From a virus: DNA of 64,000 nt. Shown piece after piece: positions 9,984 to 20,027 of this stretch; the stretch's first letter is position 1, and each line of letters starts with the position of its first letter. A program made the translations under genes and the position numbers. The notes under the pieces were generated by a model. It was not told where the DNA came from, made no database searches, and saw only the letters and a program-made list of their open reading frames with translations. The stretch is taken from the IMG/VR virus record IMGVR_UViG_3300020201_000009, positions 81,871-145,870 of that record. The stretch is one strand, 5' to 3'.

Positions 9984-10832
9984 ATGCCAAGAAAATTACC
10001 ACAATTAATTACTGTAAAGTCAGACGCTGTTATTAAAATGTTTTTTGATTTTTATGTCCTAAATGAAATATGGTTTAAACTTGTAGCAAAAGATGTTATC
10101 TATGGATATAAAACCGATACAATTATTCCTTTCAGAAGAGAAAGCGTTTTAAATGAGGCGTTTTTAGAAATTTGTGAAAAATTAAAATTTTTAATGGTTA
10201 ATAGTTTGGAATGGAGCGTTCGTCGAGAATGCAGGCATTTTAACATATATGGCCCCTTGGGAACTCTAATAAGTCGTAAATCATTGAAAAAATTAATGAT
10301 AAAAGCGATTTCTCATAATGATCAAAAAGATATTAAAAAAATTAAAGAAGAAATAAATGCGAGAAAACAACATAATTCTTTTATTAAGAAAAATAAACCT
10401 TGGAGTAAATGCTCTCTAGAGGCAATTCGCGAGGCTTTCATGATGGAAGGGTGGGACTCTGAATTTGGCGGCGTTAAATGGGGAGAAGGTACAAATTATT
10501 TAATTAAGTTAAAAGAATCAAAATCAATTAAAGATGATATTTTTTATATCGATAGAATCTTCGACCTCCAACATAATAACGGATTTATTTTAAATAAGAC
10601 ATGTTTTGAGGCTTTGGAAAATTTATGTTTGATAGATCTGAATCCAAAAATTAAAACAATCCATAGTCACGTAGATGATTATTGTTTGCTAGATGCCAGA
10701 TTTGAACTATCTATAGAAATCCTATCTAGTTTTTGCTCGCCCAAAGTTAAAAAACTTTATCAATCCAATAAACATTTGTTACAAGGTAATTTTGAAAAGT
10801 ATTATATTGGAGAGAAAATTAATACTAGATGA
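9984..10832 (+). CDS. hypothetical protein (GG.KW and DLQHN.G motifs)
   Basis: 282-aa ORF inside the RNA-repair cluster. Confidence 0.7.
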   Translation: MPRKLPQLITVKSDAVIKMFFDFYVLNEIWFKLVAKDVIYGYKTDTIIPFRRESVLNEAFLEICEKLKFLMVNSLEWSVRRECRHFNIYGPLGTLISRKSLKKLMIKAISHNDQKDIKKIKEEINARKQHNSFIKKNKPWSKCSLEAIREAFMMEGWDSEFGGVKWGEGTNYLIKLKESKSIKDDIFYIDRIFDLQHNNGFILNKTCFEALENLCLIDLNPKIKTIHSHVDDYCLLDARFELSIEILSSFCSPKVKKLYQSNKHLLQGNFEKYYIGEKINTR

Positions 10833-11202
10833 AACGGGATTAAAAATAGTATTAGAAAAAGATTTTATAAAATACTATAAGTGGTTAGTGGAATCCCATA
10901 CGTATAAAACAATACAGCTTATTTGCCCTAAACACGGCGCGCATATTACAATCGTATCGAGCAAATTACATAAAGAGTTTGATAGGATAAAATTAAGTCA
11001 GTATAACAATCAGTTAGTCAGTTTTATATACAACCCAGAGGATATCAGAGTCGGCGGCAATGATTTTACCAATTATTGGTTGCCAGTTTTGTTTCCTCTT
11101 GGAGATCAGATTAAGATAGACCTAGGTATAGTCGAAAGTGACTTTCTAGGTTTTCATATTACAATAGCAAATAATAAAAATAAAGCAAGGTATAATCAAT
11201 GA
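10792..11202 (+). CDS. 2H phosphoesterase
   Basis: Two HxT motifs, GAHITI and GFHITI, about 70 aa apart. Confidence 0.75.
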   Translation: MKSIILERKLILDETGLKIVLEKDFIKYYKWLVESHTYKTIQLICPKHGAHITIVSSKLHKEFDRIKLSQYNNQLVSFIYNPEDIRVGGNDFTNYWLPVLFPLGDQIKIDLGIVESDFLGFHITIANNKNKARYNQ

Positions 11203-12566
11203 AGTTATCAGTTAAAGCAGAAAATACAAATTACGCAGCGGAAATATTCCTACTACCGAAACCATGTAAACACCCAAATGCCGATAAGCTTTCTTTAATT
11301 AATTTTAAAGGAAATGTAATCATTACCGGGATGAATTCCCGCGAGGGTGATTTATATGTTTACTTTCCTTTGGAAACCGCTATTAATAAAGAATATCTCT
11401 CATGGTCTAATTCTTTCAGTCACCCAGAATTAAATGCGAACACGAAAGTGCAGGGGTTCTTTAATGACGCTGGGAGAGTGAGGGCGGTAAAGTTGCGATC
11501 TCAACCTTCGATGGGTTATATTGTCCCACTTACCGATTTAATATTATGGTTGGATGCAAAGAAAATTAAATGTTCGGTTGAAGATTTTACGGTTGGTACA
11601 GAGTTTGATTATATTGACGAAAAGATTGTTTTGTGTGAAAAGTATGTCAATATTGAAGCTCTGCGTAAATTAGACAGTCTTACTAGAAATAATTCGAAAA
11701 AGGGAAAGGTAAAGAGAACGTCTAAGTTAGTTGACGATCAATTTAGGTTCCATATTGATACCGAACCTCTCAAGAAAAATATCCACCTTATTAAGCCCGA
11801 AGATAATATTACCGTATCGTATAAAATACACGGATCTTCAGCTGTCTACGCCCATATTCTAGTCAAACGTAAGCTGTCCACTCTTGATAAAATCGCCCGT
11901 TGGTTCGGGGTAAAAGTGGAAGAGACTAAATATGACTACGTATATTCAAGTCGCAAAGTTGTAAAAAATGAATATGAAGTGGAAGAAAAGCAAAACCTTC
12001 ATTATTACGATTCTAATATTTGGAGTCTTACTGGAAAAATTGTAAATGATTCTATCAAACCTGGAATTACCTTATATGGAGAATTGGTTGGGCAAACACC
12101 ATCTGGCAAATGGATTCAAAAGAATTACGACTACGGGACATTGCCGAATCAGCAAGAGTTTTATGTATATCGTATTTCAATTACAAATGCCAAAGGAGAT
12201 GTTTTTGAGTTCACAACAGAACAAGTCATCTCCTACTGCTCGATGCATGGTCTAAAAATGGTGCCGATTTTCTATCGCGGCAAAGCTAAAGATCTATTCC
12301 CAGAACTAAGTATAACAGAACATTGGAATCAGAATTTCTTAGATGCCTTACTAAAAAAATATACGGAGAAAGATTGTTATATGTGTACTAATAAGGTTCC
12401 AGAAGAGGGTATTGTTGTCGCAAAAGACGGCGTTACATTTACACCTTTTAAACTGAAATCTTTTCGTTTTCTTGAGGCCGAGTCGGTTCAACTGGACTCC
12501 GGGGAAATTGATATGGAGAGTGCAGAAAGCGTTGCGCCCGTAGCTGATCCAGAACCGGCAAAATAA
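11199..12566 (+). CDS. ATP-dependent RNA ligase (DRB0094/Rnl2-like)
   Basis: HPNADKL N-terminus; motifs I KIHG, III YGE, IIIa FYVY, IV EGIVV, V KLKS. Confidence 0.9.
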   Translation: MKLSVKAENTNYAAEIFLLPKPCKHPNADKLSLINFKGNVIITGMNSREGDLYVYFPLETAINKEYLSWSNSFSHPELNANTKVQGFFNDAGRVRAVKLRSQPSMGYIVPLTDLILWLDAKKIKCSVEDFTVGTEFDYIDEKIVLCEKYVNIEALRKLDSLTRNNSKKGKVKRTSKLVDDQFRFHIDTEPLKKNIHLIKPEDNITVSYKIHGSSAVYAHILVKRKLSTLDKIARWFGVKVEETKYDYVYSSRKVVKNEYEVEEKQNLHYYDSNIWSLTGKIVNDSIKPGITLYGELVGQTPSGKWIQKNYDYGTLPNQQEFYVYRISITNAKGDVFEFTTEQVISYCSMHGLKMVPIFYRGKAKDLFPELSITEHWNQNFLDALLKKYTEKDCYMCTNKVPEEGIVVAKDGVTFTPFKLKSFRFLEAESVQLDSGEIDMESAESVAPVADPEPAK

Positions 12567-12627
12567 CCATTGACGAGGGGGCGAAAAAGTCCCCTTCTAG
12601 AAGAGCACCGGAAAAAATTAAAAAAAC

Positions 12628-13179
12628 ATGAAAACATTCGCGATCATTAGTGGAATAGTATTTACAGGGTTTGTTTTATTTGCAGTCATCCTTGGAATAT
12701 GGATAATGAGTATGTATAATACCCAGTCCTCTCTCAAAAATACTTATGAGTCTAAAATTGTTGCCAATAGGGCGGTTTTTGATAATACATACAAAAAGAT
12801 TGATCAGTCGTCACAGGCGACACAAGCCCAAAAGAACGCTCTCAAAGAGATCTTTACTAGCTATGCCGAGGGCCGAGCTGGTAATGGTGGTGGAAGTCTT
12901 GCTACGTCAGTCAGGGAAGCAATTCCAGCGGTTGATGTATCGATTTACAAATCATTAATGAATGTAATTATCGGTGCTCGTGACGAATTCACAGCTAACC
13001 AAATTCATTTGGTAAGTATCGCCGAACAATATAATAAACATTTAGCGGTACAACCAAGTGGGTTTATTCTTGGCATGTTCGGTTTTACTAAAATCGACGC
13101 GAAGATTATCACTTCGACTCGGACGGAAAATGTTTATGCAACCGGTAAAGATGACGATGTACAACTACCAATAAGATAA
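12628..13179 (+). CDS. LemA-like membrane-anchored protein
   Basis: N-terminal TM then YN; coiled coil; C-terminal YN..L...P...I..MFGF. Confidence 0.6.
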   Translation: MKTFAIISGIVFTGFVLFAVILGIWIMSMYNTQSSLKNTYESKIVANRAVFDNTYKKIDQSSQATQAQKNALKEIFTSYAEGRAGNGGGSLATSVREAIPAVDVSIYKSLMNVIIGARDEFTANQIHLVSIAEQYNKHLAVQPSGFILGMFGFTKIDAKIITSTRTENVYATGKDDDVQLPIR

Positions 13180-13183
13180 TATA

Positions 13184-13414
13184 ATGAACTTAGTTATTAT
13201 ATCCCTGATTTGGATGATTCTTGGAATTCCCCTTTCCTGTTTCATGATGGCGAATTTAAACATAGAAAAACCCGTCTTCGGAATTCTTGTTGCTTATTTT
13301 GCAATCGGACCCCTAGGATGGGCTTTCGGAATTGTTAGCGTTATACTTGTATTTTTATTATTAATTTGGCTACTGATGAATAAGCGTAGCCTATGTGAAT
13401 ATTATTGCTACTAA
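13184..13414 (+). CDS. small membrane protein
   Basis: Two hydrophobic segments. Confidence 0.6.
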   Translation: MNLVIISLIWMILGIPLSCFMMANLNIEKPVFGILVAYFAIGPLGWAFGIVSVILVFLLLIWLLMNKRSLCEYYCY

Positions 13415-14607
13415 TTTTTATGATTCCCGTAAGTCTTTTTTATATATTCGCCATAATTCCCTTTTTACTAGGAGGCTATTTTTGGTATCGCGGGAAACAA
13501 GTCGTTATCGTCGAATGGTTAATCGGCTCGGCAGTCGGATTTATATTGGCTGGAATTTTTCATTTTTTCGCCATTCGCGGGCAAACTGACGATAAAGAGG
13601 TCTGGTCGGGTCAAATTACCTATGCGAAACAGTTTTCCGCGTGGACAGAATACTATGAAGAGGCGATTTATAGAACCGAATATAAGAATGTAAGGAGCTA
13701 TGTCGCAGGAACCAAAGGTCGGGACGGCCATTATGCGACGACAAGAGTAGCCTATCAAGTTTTTTCGCATTGGGCTCCAAGACAAAGAGACCATAAAGCT
13801 AAATGGGAAATGTATTCTAACATTGATACTTCTTATATCATTTCTTTAATCAAGTATCAGGATATTTCCCGTAAATTTGGTCAGACAAAGCCCATAAAGG
13901 GAGACAGAACAACGTCAGCACACGACTCAAAAATGATTGGAGGAGATCCAAACGATTATATTACGGTGAACGGCGATAGTTGGGTGGAGCCAATAACGAA
14001 AAATGTCCATTTTGCAAATCGGATGAAAGCTACGCCCTCTGTCTTTTCGTTTCCTAGCGTACCCGAAAAAATGGCAGTATTCCCCTACCCTTACTGCCCT
14101 GACGAATTCTCTTCGAATCGGTTGTTGGGTAACGCGAATACTTTTATTTCTGCACTTGCGTTTGACCAATTTAACGCGGTTGTGGGGCCGCAAAAAAAAG
14201 TAAACGTCATAATGGTAGGAATGTCCGCCAGTACGGCTTCTAGTTTTGGCAAATGGCAAGAAGCGGCATGGATCGGCGGCAAAAAGAACGATATTGTTAT
14301 AGTTTATGCGTCGGATAATGGGAAAAATATCGAGTGGGTTACGACTTTTGGTTGGACTAACTCCAAAACTGTATTGAGGATGATTGAGAGTAGTGTAATG
14401 GAAAATGGGATAAATAACAAACTTCTCCCTATTATACAACAAGATATAATTAAATATTACCAATTAAAAGACTTCACCAAAGAATTTGCACATTTGGCCA
14501 TTTCAGCAAGACCAATACATTTAATATGGTATTTGATCGTCGTATCAGTTGTTCAATTCGGGTTGTGGTACTATTTTCATAATAACGAATTCAAAAAAAC
14601 AAAATGA
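13405..14607 (+). CDS. membrane protein with a large soluble domain
   Basis: Two N-terminal and one C-terminal TM; W.GGKKND motif. Confidence 0.75.
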   Translation: MLLIFMIPVSLFYIFAIIPFLLGGYFWYRGKQVVIVEWLIGSAVGFILAGIFHFFAIRGQTDDKEVWSGQITYAKQFSAWTEYYEEAIYRTEYKNVRSYVAGTKGRDGHYATTRVAYQVFSHWAPRQRDHKAKWEMYSNIDTSYIISLIKYQDISRKFGQTKPIKGDRTTSAHDSKMIGGDPNDYITVNGDSWVEPITKNVHFANRMKATPSVFSFPSVPEKMAVFPYPYCPDEFSSNRLLGNANTFISALAFDQFNAVVGPQKKVNVIMVGMSASTASSFGKWQEAAWIGGKKNDIVIVYASDNGKNIEWVTTFGWTNSKTVLRMIESSVMENGINNKLLPIIQQDIIKYYQLKDFTKEFAHLAISARPIHLIWYLIVVSVVQFGLWYYFHNNEFKKTK

Positions 14608-15536
14608 AAACTATCTGTAAAGTGTTACATGGTTCTAGATTATATAAATTACACAATGATAAGTCCGATTGGGATATAAAGGGTATTTTTATACCCGATA
14701 TCGAAGATTGTCTTTTGTTACGTGCTCCCCAGAACATGAATCGTAAGGATGAAGACACGAATACTGAGTACCAAAACTTTGCCTTACAAACTTTTCTAGG
14801 ACATGCTGCGATGGGCCAGTCTATCGCTTTGGATATGTTACATTGTTCGCCAGAGGATTGTTTCGAAAGTAGTTTAATTTGGGAATATATCGTTCTCAAT
14901 AAATCAAAATTTTATACTAAAAAAATGCTGGGCGCTTTGGGCTTTAGCAAATCCCTCGCCATGAAATACGGATTTCGAGCAGAACGAATGGCGGTTGTCG
15001 AACTTGTCCTAAATGCTTTAAAAGAGGGTCGAGCGAAAGGTGCGTCTAGGATGTTTGACCTTTGGGATGATTTGCCAAAAGGAAAATACATTGATTACGA
15101 TATCGACGCCAGAATGAACCAAAAAGATAATCGATACATCGAAGTGGCGGGAAAAAAACTTCAAACGACAATCACTGTAGAATATGGAATCGAAATTCTC
15201 CAAAAATTATACGACGGTTATGGCTCAAGAACGCAAATGGCGAAAAATCTCGGTGGGGCGGATTTCAAAGCCATTTCTCATTCTTTCCGTATAGCTTACC
15301 AACTCAAATCGATCTATACTAATGGAACATTTTCCTATCCTCTGCCAGAAACCGAATTCATTAAAGATATTAAGTATCAGAAGCTAAATTACTTAGATGA
15401 CAATCTTGACCATAAACTTAACGATTTAATCACCGAAGTTGAAAATTTGTCTAAAGTTTCTCAATTTCCAAAATCAGTTGACCAAAATTGGTTAGACACA
15501 TTCACATTAGGTAACTATAACTATAAACTCAGCTAA
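14604..15536 (+). CDS. Pol-beta-superfamily nucleotidyltransferase (RlaP-like)
   Basis: HGSRLY...SDWDIKGIF; KAISH..R. Confidence 0.8.
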   Translation: MKTICKVLHGSRLYKLHNDKSDWDIKGIFIPDIEDCLLLRAPQNMNRKDEDTNTEYQNFALQTFLGHAAMGQSIALDMLHCSPEDCFESSLIWEYIVLNKSKFYTKKMLGALGFSKSLAMKYGFRAERMAVVELVLNALKEGRAKGASRMFDLWDDLPKGKYIDYDIDARMNQKDNRYIEVAGKKLQTTITVEYGIEILQKLYDGYGSRTQMAKNLGGADFKAISHSFRIAYQLKSIYTNGTFSYPLPETEFIKDIKYQKLNYLDDNLDHKLNDLITEVENLSKVSQFPKSVDQNWLDTFTLGNYNYKLS

Positions 15537-15537
15537 T

Positions 15538-15882
15538 TTGTCACTTAAAGCAATAACTTTGTTAGTAAAAAAGAATAAATATATGACTGAAATACTAAAA
15601 GCCAGTGTAGCATATGCGTTGACAAAGAAAGTTTTTGAAGACGAAAATATCGAAAAAGAAATTGGGGATATCGCTGTAAGAATAACCAACGCAATATCTC
15701 TTGGTTACTTAATGACTCATAGTGAACCGATTAGCGGCATTTTAAAAGCTAATAAACTTGTTCACCATTTAGATGAACTTGGCTATCATTGCGGGATGCA
15801 ACAAGGACCAACGATGATGTCTTGGTATGTACATGCTAATTGGGAAATGATGCCTTTGAATCGTAGAGAATCAATCGAATGA
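15538..15882 (+). CDS. hypothetical protein
   Basis: ORF; start probably the internal ATG. Confidence 0.55.
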   Translation: MSLKAITLLVKKNKYMTEILKASVAYALTKKVFEDENIEKEIGDIAVRITNAISLGYLMTHSEPISGILKANKLVHHLDELGYHCGMQQGPTMMSWYVHANWEMMPLNRRESIE

Positions 15883-16109
15883 AAAAAGCTACCTATATTT
15901 TAGATAAAATCGAAAATGGGATTATATATTTGATAGATCCCAATAATGGTGAAACCACGATTACGAATAACGCAGAAAAAGTTGTAGAAGAAATAAACAA
16001 ACTCTATCCATTATTTCGAGTTGTATATTTAGATACTGATAATCAATGGTGGGAGTTGTTACATGAATCGGGGGATTTTAGAGAATTTAGAGAATTCGAT
16101 AAGAAGTAA
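15879..16109 (+). CDS. hypothetical protein (TITNNAE motif)
   Basis: ATGA-coupled ORF. Confidence 0.65.
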   Translation: MKKATYILDKIENGIIYLIDPNNGETTITNNAEKVVEEINKLYPLFRVVYLDTDNQWWELLHESGDFREFREFDKK

Positions 16110-16132
16110 AAAAAAACTTTTTTGTTTTCGCC

Positions 16133-16160
16133 TTGACCTTTGTCTCATTTTTACGATAAT
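16133..16160 (+). promoter_or_regulatory. sigma70-like promoter, leaderless
   Basis: TTGACC-16-GATAAT, 6 nt before ATG 16167. Confidence 0.6.
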
Positions 16161-16166
16161 TGGGTA

Positions 16167-17072
16167 ATGCCGAAGACGTTAATTCTTACAGACGTCCACC
16201 ATAGAATTGATTTGGTGGATGAAATCGTAGCTTTAGAAAAGGCCGATAAAGTAATTTGGACTGGCGATTATCAAGACCAATTTGAAGACACCCCGGCAGA
16301 TGCAAAAAAAACCGCAATCTGGTTAAAGGGAAAATTGGAAGACCCAAGAAACGTGATGATCATCGGAAATCATGATTGGACGTATATGTACCCGGATAAT
16401 AAACATGCTTATTGTTCCGGGTTTTCCGATGAAAAATCGGAGGCGATTAGAAAAATACTAAATAAGAATGACTTTGCGAAGCTGAAATCTTTCCATGTAG
16501 AAAATAATATTTTATTTTCCCATGCCGGTATCTCTAAGAGATTTTTAGATTTCGTGGTAAAAAAGGGGGATTGGGATGAAGATAAGGAATATTCTCTAGA
16601 AAATATCGTATCTTCTTTAGAAGACTGGACAGAGAAAGCAAGATTAGTATACCCAGTTGGTGGAAGCCACCCTCTATTTATGGCGGGCTGGGATCGCGGA
16701 GGCCGACAAGATTACGGCGGCATTATTTGGGAAGATTCTAGGACCCATTTTCCAATTAAAGGGTTGAAACAGATTTTTGGTCACACTCCCGGTAAAAAAC
16801 CTTATTATATCTTGATCGGGGACCATCATGGAAACCCCATACTTGTCGGACTGGATAAGTATGATGAAGAATTAAAATCGGGAATGCATAAGGGTAGTTT
16901 GGAGACTTGGGGTCTTTGTATTGACACCCATACGAATCATTATGCGATTATTGAAGATGAAATCGTGTTGACGGTTAAGACGGTTAAACAAAAGAGGGTA
17001 TTAGACACGGCTAAAATGGAAGATAAATATATATTAGTTGGAGTAGAAAATTTTTATAAAAGATTACTATAA
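16167..17072 (+). CDS. calcineurin-like metallophosphoesterase
   Basis: DVH, GDYQD, GNHD, SHAG, GHTP. Confidence 0.9.
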   Translation: MPKTLILTDVHHRIDLVDEIVALEKADKVIWTGDYQDQFEDTPADAKKTAIWLKGKLEDPRNVMIIGNHDWTYMYPDNKHAYCSGFSDEKSEAIRKILNKNDFAKLKSFHVENNILFSHAGISKRFLDFVVKKGDWDEDKEYSLENIVSSLEDWTEKARLVYPVGGSHPLFMAGWDRGGRQDYGGIIWEDSRTHFPIKGLKQIFGHTPGKKPYYILIGDHHGNPILVGLDKYDEELKSGMHKGSLETWGLCIDTHTNHYAIIEDEIVLTVKTVKQKRVLDTAKMEDKYILVGVENFYKRLL

Positions 17073-17656
17073 TGCAGAAAATTATATTGCTGACGGGTAC
17101 TAGGCGGGTAGGAAAGGACACTTTCTGGTCCCTCGTTTGTAAATACGAAACGGATTCCCTGCGTTTTGAGAGGTTCGCTTTTGCGGATGATTTAAAAGAC
17201 GAATGCGACTCTTTATGTTATTCGTTTTTCGAAAAGCATATCCACGAACTTACACCGGAAGAAAAGGAAATTTTTCGCCCAATTCTTATTACAGTGGGAA
17301 TGACTGCAAGAAAGATTGACGAATTATTTTGGGTAAAAAAACTTGTTAAGCATTTAACAATGTTTAAAAAGTTTTTTGATGGTGCCGAGTTTGTTCCTAT
17401 AATTTCGGACGTTCGATTTATGAATGAAGCCGATTACTTTATTAATAAATATGGTAAAGAAAACGTTTGTTTAGTAGGTATTTTTAGAGAAGATAACCCA
17501 GAGCCAACGGAAGAAGAAAAGATTCACGCCCCAATGATGGAAAAATATATTGATTATAGAGTAAACTGGCCTGTGGCGACTGACAATTTAAGTAGGTTAA
17601 ATATTTACGTAGAGGATTTTTACAACTATTGGATTAAAAAATATGGAATTAAATAA
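17072..17656 (+). CDS. dNMP-kinase-like P-loop kinase
   Basis: GTRRVGKDT, FAFADDLK, ISDVRF.NE. Confidence 0.8.
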   Translation: MQKIILLTGTRRVGKDTFWSLVCKYETDSLRFERFAFADDLKDECDSLCYSFFEKHIHELTPEEKEIFRPILITVGMTARKIDELFWVKKLVKHLTMFKKFFDGAEFVPIISDVRFMNEADYFINKYGKENVCLVGIFREDNPEPTEEEKIHAPMMEKYIDYRVNWPVATDNLSRLNIYVEDFYNYWIKKYGIK

Positions 17657-18047
17657 ACTGGAAAATAATAATATCGAAGTTATTAGTATTCAAGATCTAA
17701 AAAATAGAATCGAAAAATTACAGGAAGCTTGGGATAACGCGCTGACTAAGATTTTCAGAGATAATATTTATAGATTAATTGATGAACAAGAAAATCTTAA
17801 CTCGATTCATTGGGAAAATTACGCTTTTTACTTTAACGACGGAGATCCTTGCGAGTTTCGTGCTAGAGTAGATTCGGTGATTGGGGAGGATAAAGACGGG
17901 GCGGAGGTATCTTGTAACGATAAGATTATAGAGTTTTTGTCTTTATTTCCCGATAGATGGTATGAACTAAAATTCGGTAATGATTCTCAGGTAACGATTA
18001 GCAAAGACGGTACGTTACAGATTTCAGACTATACAGATCATAATTAA
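17643..18047 (+). CDS. hypothetical protein, YFNDGD.C.F family, copy 1
   Basis: YFNDGDPCEF; paralog of the next ORF. Confidence 0.7.
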   Translation: MELNKLENNNIEVISIQDLKNRIEKLQEAWDNALTKIFRDNIYRLIDEQENLNSIHWENYAFYFNDGDPCEFRARVDSVIGEDKDGAEVSCNDKIIEFLSLFPDRWYELKFGNDSQVTISKDGTLQISDYTDHN

Positions 18048-18048
18048 A

Positions 18049-18414
18049 ATGTTGACTAAAAAAGAAATAACAAAAGCAATTAAAGATTATCGCAGTATCG
18101 GTGAATTGTTAATTGGTAATACCATTGGATATGCAATACAGGGCATCCCGAATTTAGAATCGGTCTCGATTAATTGCAATACGCCTTATTTTAATGATGG
18201 AGACGAATGTGTTTTTAGTGCAAACACCGATTATCCCGACTTCTGTGATAAAATTGGAACAAGAATTGATTTAGAAAAGGACGACGAAGAAAAAATTATT
18301 AACCTTCTTGGTTGCTTTGATGATGAATTTTATAGAGGTGTTTTCGGAGACCATGTAACTGTTATCTTCTTTAAGAATGGGAAAGTAAAAACAGAAACAT
18401 CAGGTATCGAATGA
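18049..18414 (+). CDS. hypothetical protein, YFNDGD.C.F family, copy 2
   Basis: YFNDGDECVF; FGDHVTV resembles FGNDSQV of copy 1. Confidence 0.7.
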   Translation: MLTKKEITKAIKDYRSIGELLIGNTIGYAIQGIPNLESVSINCNTPYFNDGDECVFSANTDYPDFCDKIGTRIDLEKDDEEKIINLLGCFDDEFYRGVFGDHVTVIFFKNGKVKTETSGIE

Positions 18415-19079
18415 ATGCAAAATTTCATGCAGATCTCTCTATGAGGCGTTGGAAGTTAAAAGATAGCCAAGATTTTGATTTCCTTTACAAATTACATGAT
18501 TTTATCGATTGTAGTAAAGAAGTTGAATCATCCGGATGCCATCGGCTTCTTACTCACCATCTCTGGTTTGTAAAGAGGGTAGTAATACCTATTTTCGGTC
18601 ATACTTATATTTCTACATGCGGAAAATGTATTAATATTAAGGATCTGTTGGAATCAGATCATATTATGGCCGATTTTGCAGGAAAATATTTACCAACTTT
18701 AGAAGATTATTTTTCTTTACTACCCAATAATGTTGAAGATAAAGAAAATATTATCTCTTTTAGAAAAAAATATCATATGGGTCGGATTGATTTTCCAGAA
18801 GGCTTTTTTGAGTTAGTTGATTCTCCGTGGCATCAAACTGGAATGATCAAATCTCTATATTTAACCCATAATACTTGGTTTTTAAAAGAGATCATGCCAA
18901 AAATTTTCCCTTCATTTCCAGACATACCGTTAGAAGACAATGAAGAATTAAACCCGAGTTTCTTTTTAAACAGGATGGTTTATGATAATTGGTTAAATAA
19001 TGGAAGGGCAGGGCATCCGCCTTCATATAGTAAGATATTAGAGCATAAAAATAAAGAAAAAATTAAAAACACTCGTTAA
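18411..19079 (+). CDS. His-rich protein (DUF6915-like), internally duplicated
   Basis: HA..S..RW, H.F.D.SK, HR...HH; repeat LTHHLWFVK..IPIF / LTHNTWFLK..PKIF. Confidence 0.6.
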   Translation: MNAKFHADLSMRRWKLKDSQDFDFLYKLHDFIDCSKEVESSGCHRLLTHHLWFVKRVVIPIFGHTYISTCGKCINIKDLLESDHIMADFAGKYLPTLEDYFSLLPNNVEDKENIISFRKKYHMGRIDFPEGFFELVDSPWHQTGMIKSLYLTHNTWFLKEIMPKIFPSFPDIPLEDNEELNPSFFLNRMVYDNWLNNGRAGHPPSYSKILEHKNKEKIKNTR

Positions 19080-19312
19080 TGAAAACCTACGAAGCTAGCG
19101 CTATATTAGAGTTTGAAACACTATCCGAACTATCTAGAGATGATTTATTTTTATTAAGCAGATCACTTGAAACAGTTCTGAATGGAAATATAAAAAAGTT
19201 CTTGAATTCGGGAAATTTTAAAACGTCTACCCTGCATCCTTTTGAACTTGACTTTTTCGTTAAAACTCACGATACTAAGGACGATAATTTAGACCAAAAA
19301 GATTCGATATGA
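19079..19312 (+). CDS. hypothetical protein
   Basis: Coupled ORF. Confidence 0.55.
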   Translation: MKTYEASAILEFETLSELSRDDLFLLSRSLETVLNGNIKKFLNSGNFKTSTLHPFELDFFVKTHDTKDDNLDQKDSI

Positions 19313-19809
19313 TTAAACACGTTACTGGAAACTTATTAGATTTTACAAATTGGAATGTGATCGCACATTGTTGCAACGCCCAAAACCAAATGGGCAGTGG
19401 CATTGCTAAGGCGATCAGGGATGAATATCCAGTTGCTTGGGAAGTTTATTCTGAAGCTTACCGACTAAATGGTAACAAATTAGAACTTGGATCTATTACG
19501 GCGGCTGTTACAGCGGGCGGGAAAAGAATTATCAATATCGTAGGTCAAGAATTCTACGGTACAAAGAAAGAAAGCCTAAGGTATGTCGATTATGAAGCAA
19601 TCTATATGGGTTTAGAAGAAACTCGGTATATTTTGGAAAATGCCTTACCGCCATGCGATAAAGGTATAAAATACACTCTTGGACTGCCATATAAGATGGC
19701 ATCGGACCGCGCTGGTGGCAACTGGAAAATTATACTAACTATGATTGAAGTATTGTTTAAAGATTCTCCAATCAACGTTTATATTGTAAGTTTACCAAAT
19801 GACAAATAA
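19309..19809 (+). CDS. Macro domain protein (ADP-ribose binding/hydrolase)
   Basis: TGNLL, IAHCCN..MGSGIAKAI, GG.W. Confidence 0.9.
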   Translation: MIKHVTGNLLDFTNWNVIAHCCNAQNQMGSGIAKAIRDEYPVAWEVYSEAYRLNGNKLELGSITAAVTAGGKRIINIVGQEFYGTKKESLRYVDYEAIYMGLEETRYILENALPPCDKGIKYTLGLPYKMASDRAGGNWKIILTMIEVLFKDSPINVYIVSLPNDK

Positions 19810-20023
19810 AATTTTTAAACAAAAAGATATCTATATCTTGGAGGCGATTAAGTTTCGCGCTCAAAAGAAATTGGCGGAAATTCAAGAATTGTCGGATTTC
19901 GCAGGAGAAATTTTGGGAGTTAAAGGAGACAGCGATTGGCTCTGTGATTATATATATGATCTAGAAACAACGACACAAGATTTATTAAATGGATTAAAGA
20001 TTAGATTAGAGAACAAAGAATAA
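19799..20023 (+). CDS. hypothetical protein
   Basis: ORF tiling. Confidence 0.55.
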   Translation: MTNKIFKQKDIYILEAIKFRAQKKLAEIQELSDFAGEILGVKGDSDWLCDYIYDLETTTQDLLNGLKIRLENKE

Positions 20024-20027
20024 TAAT

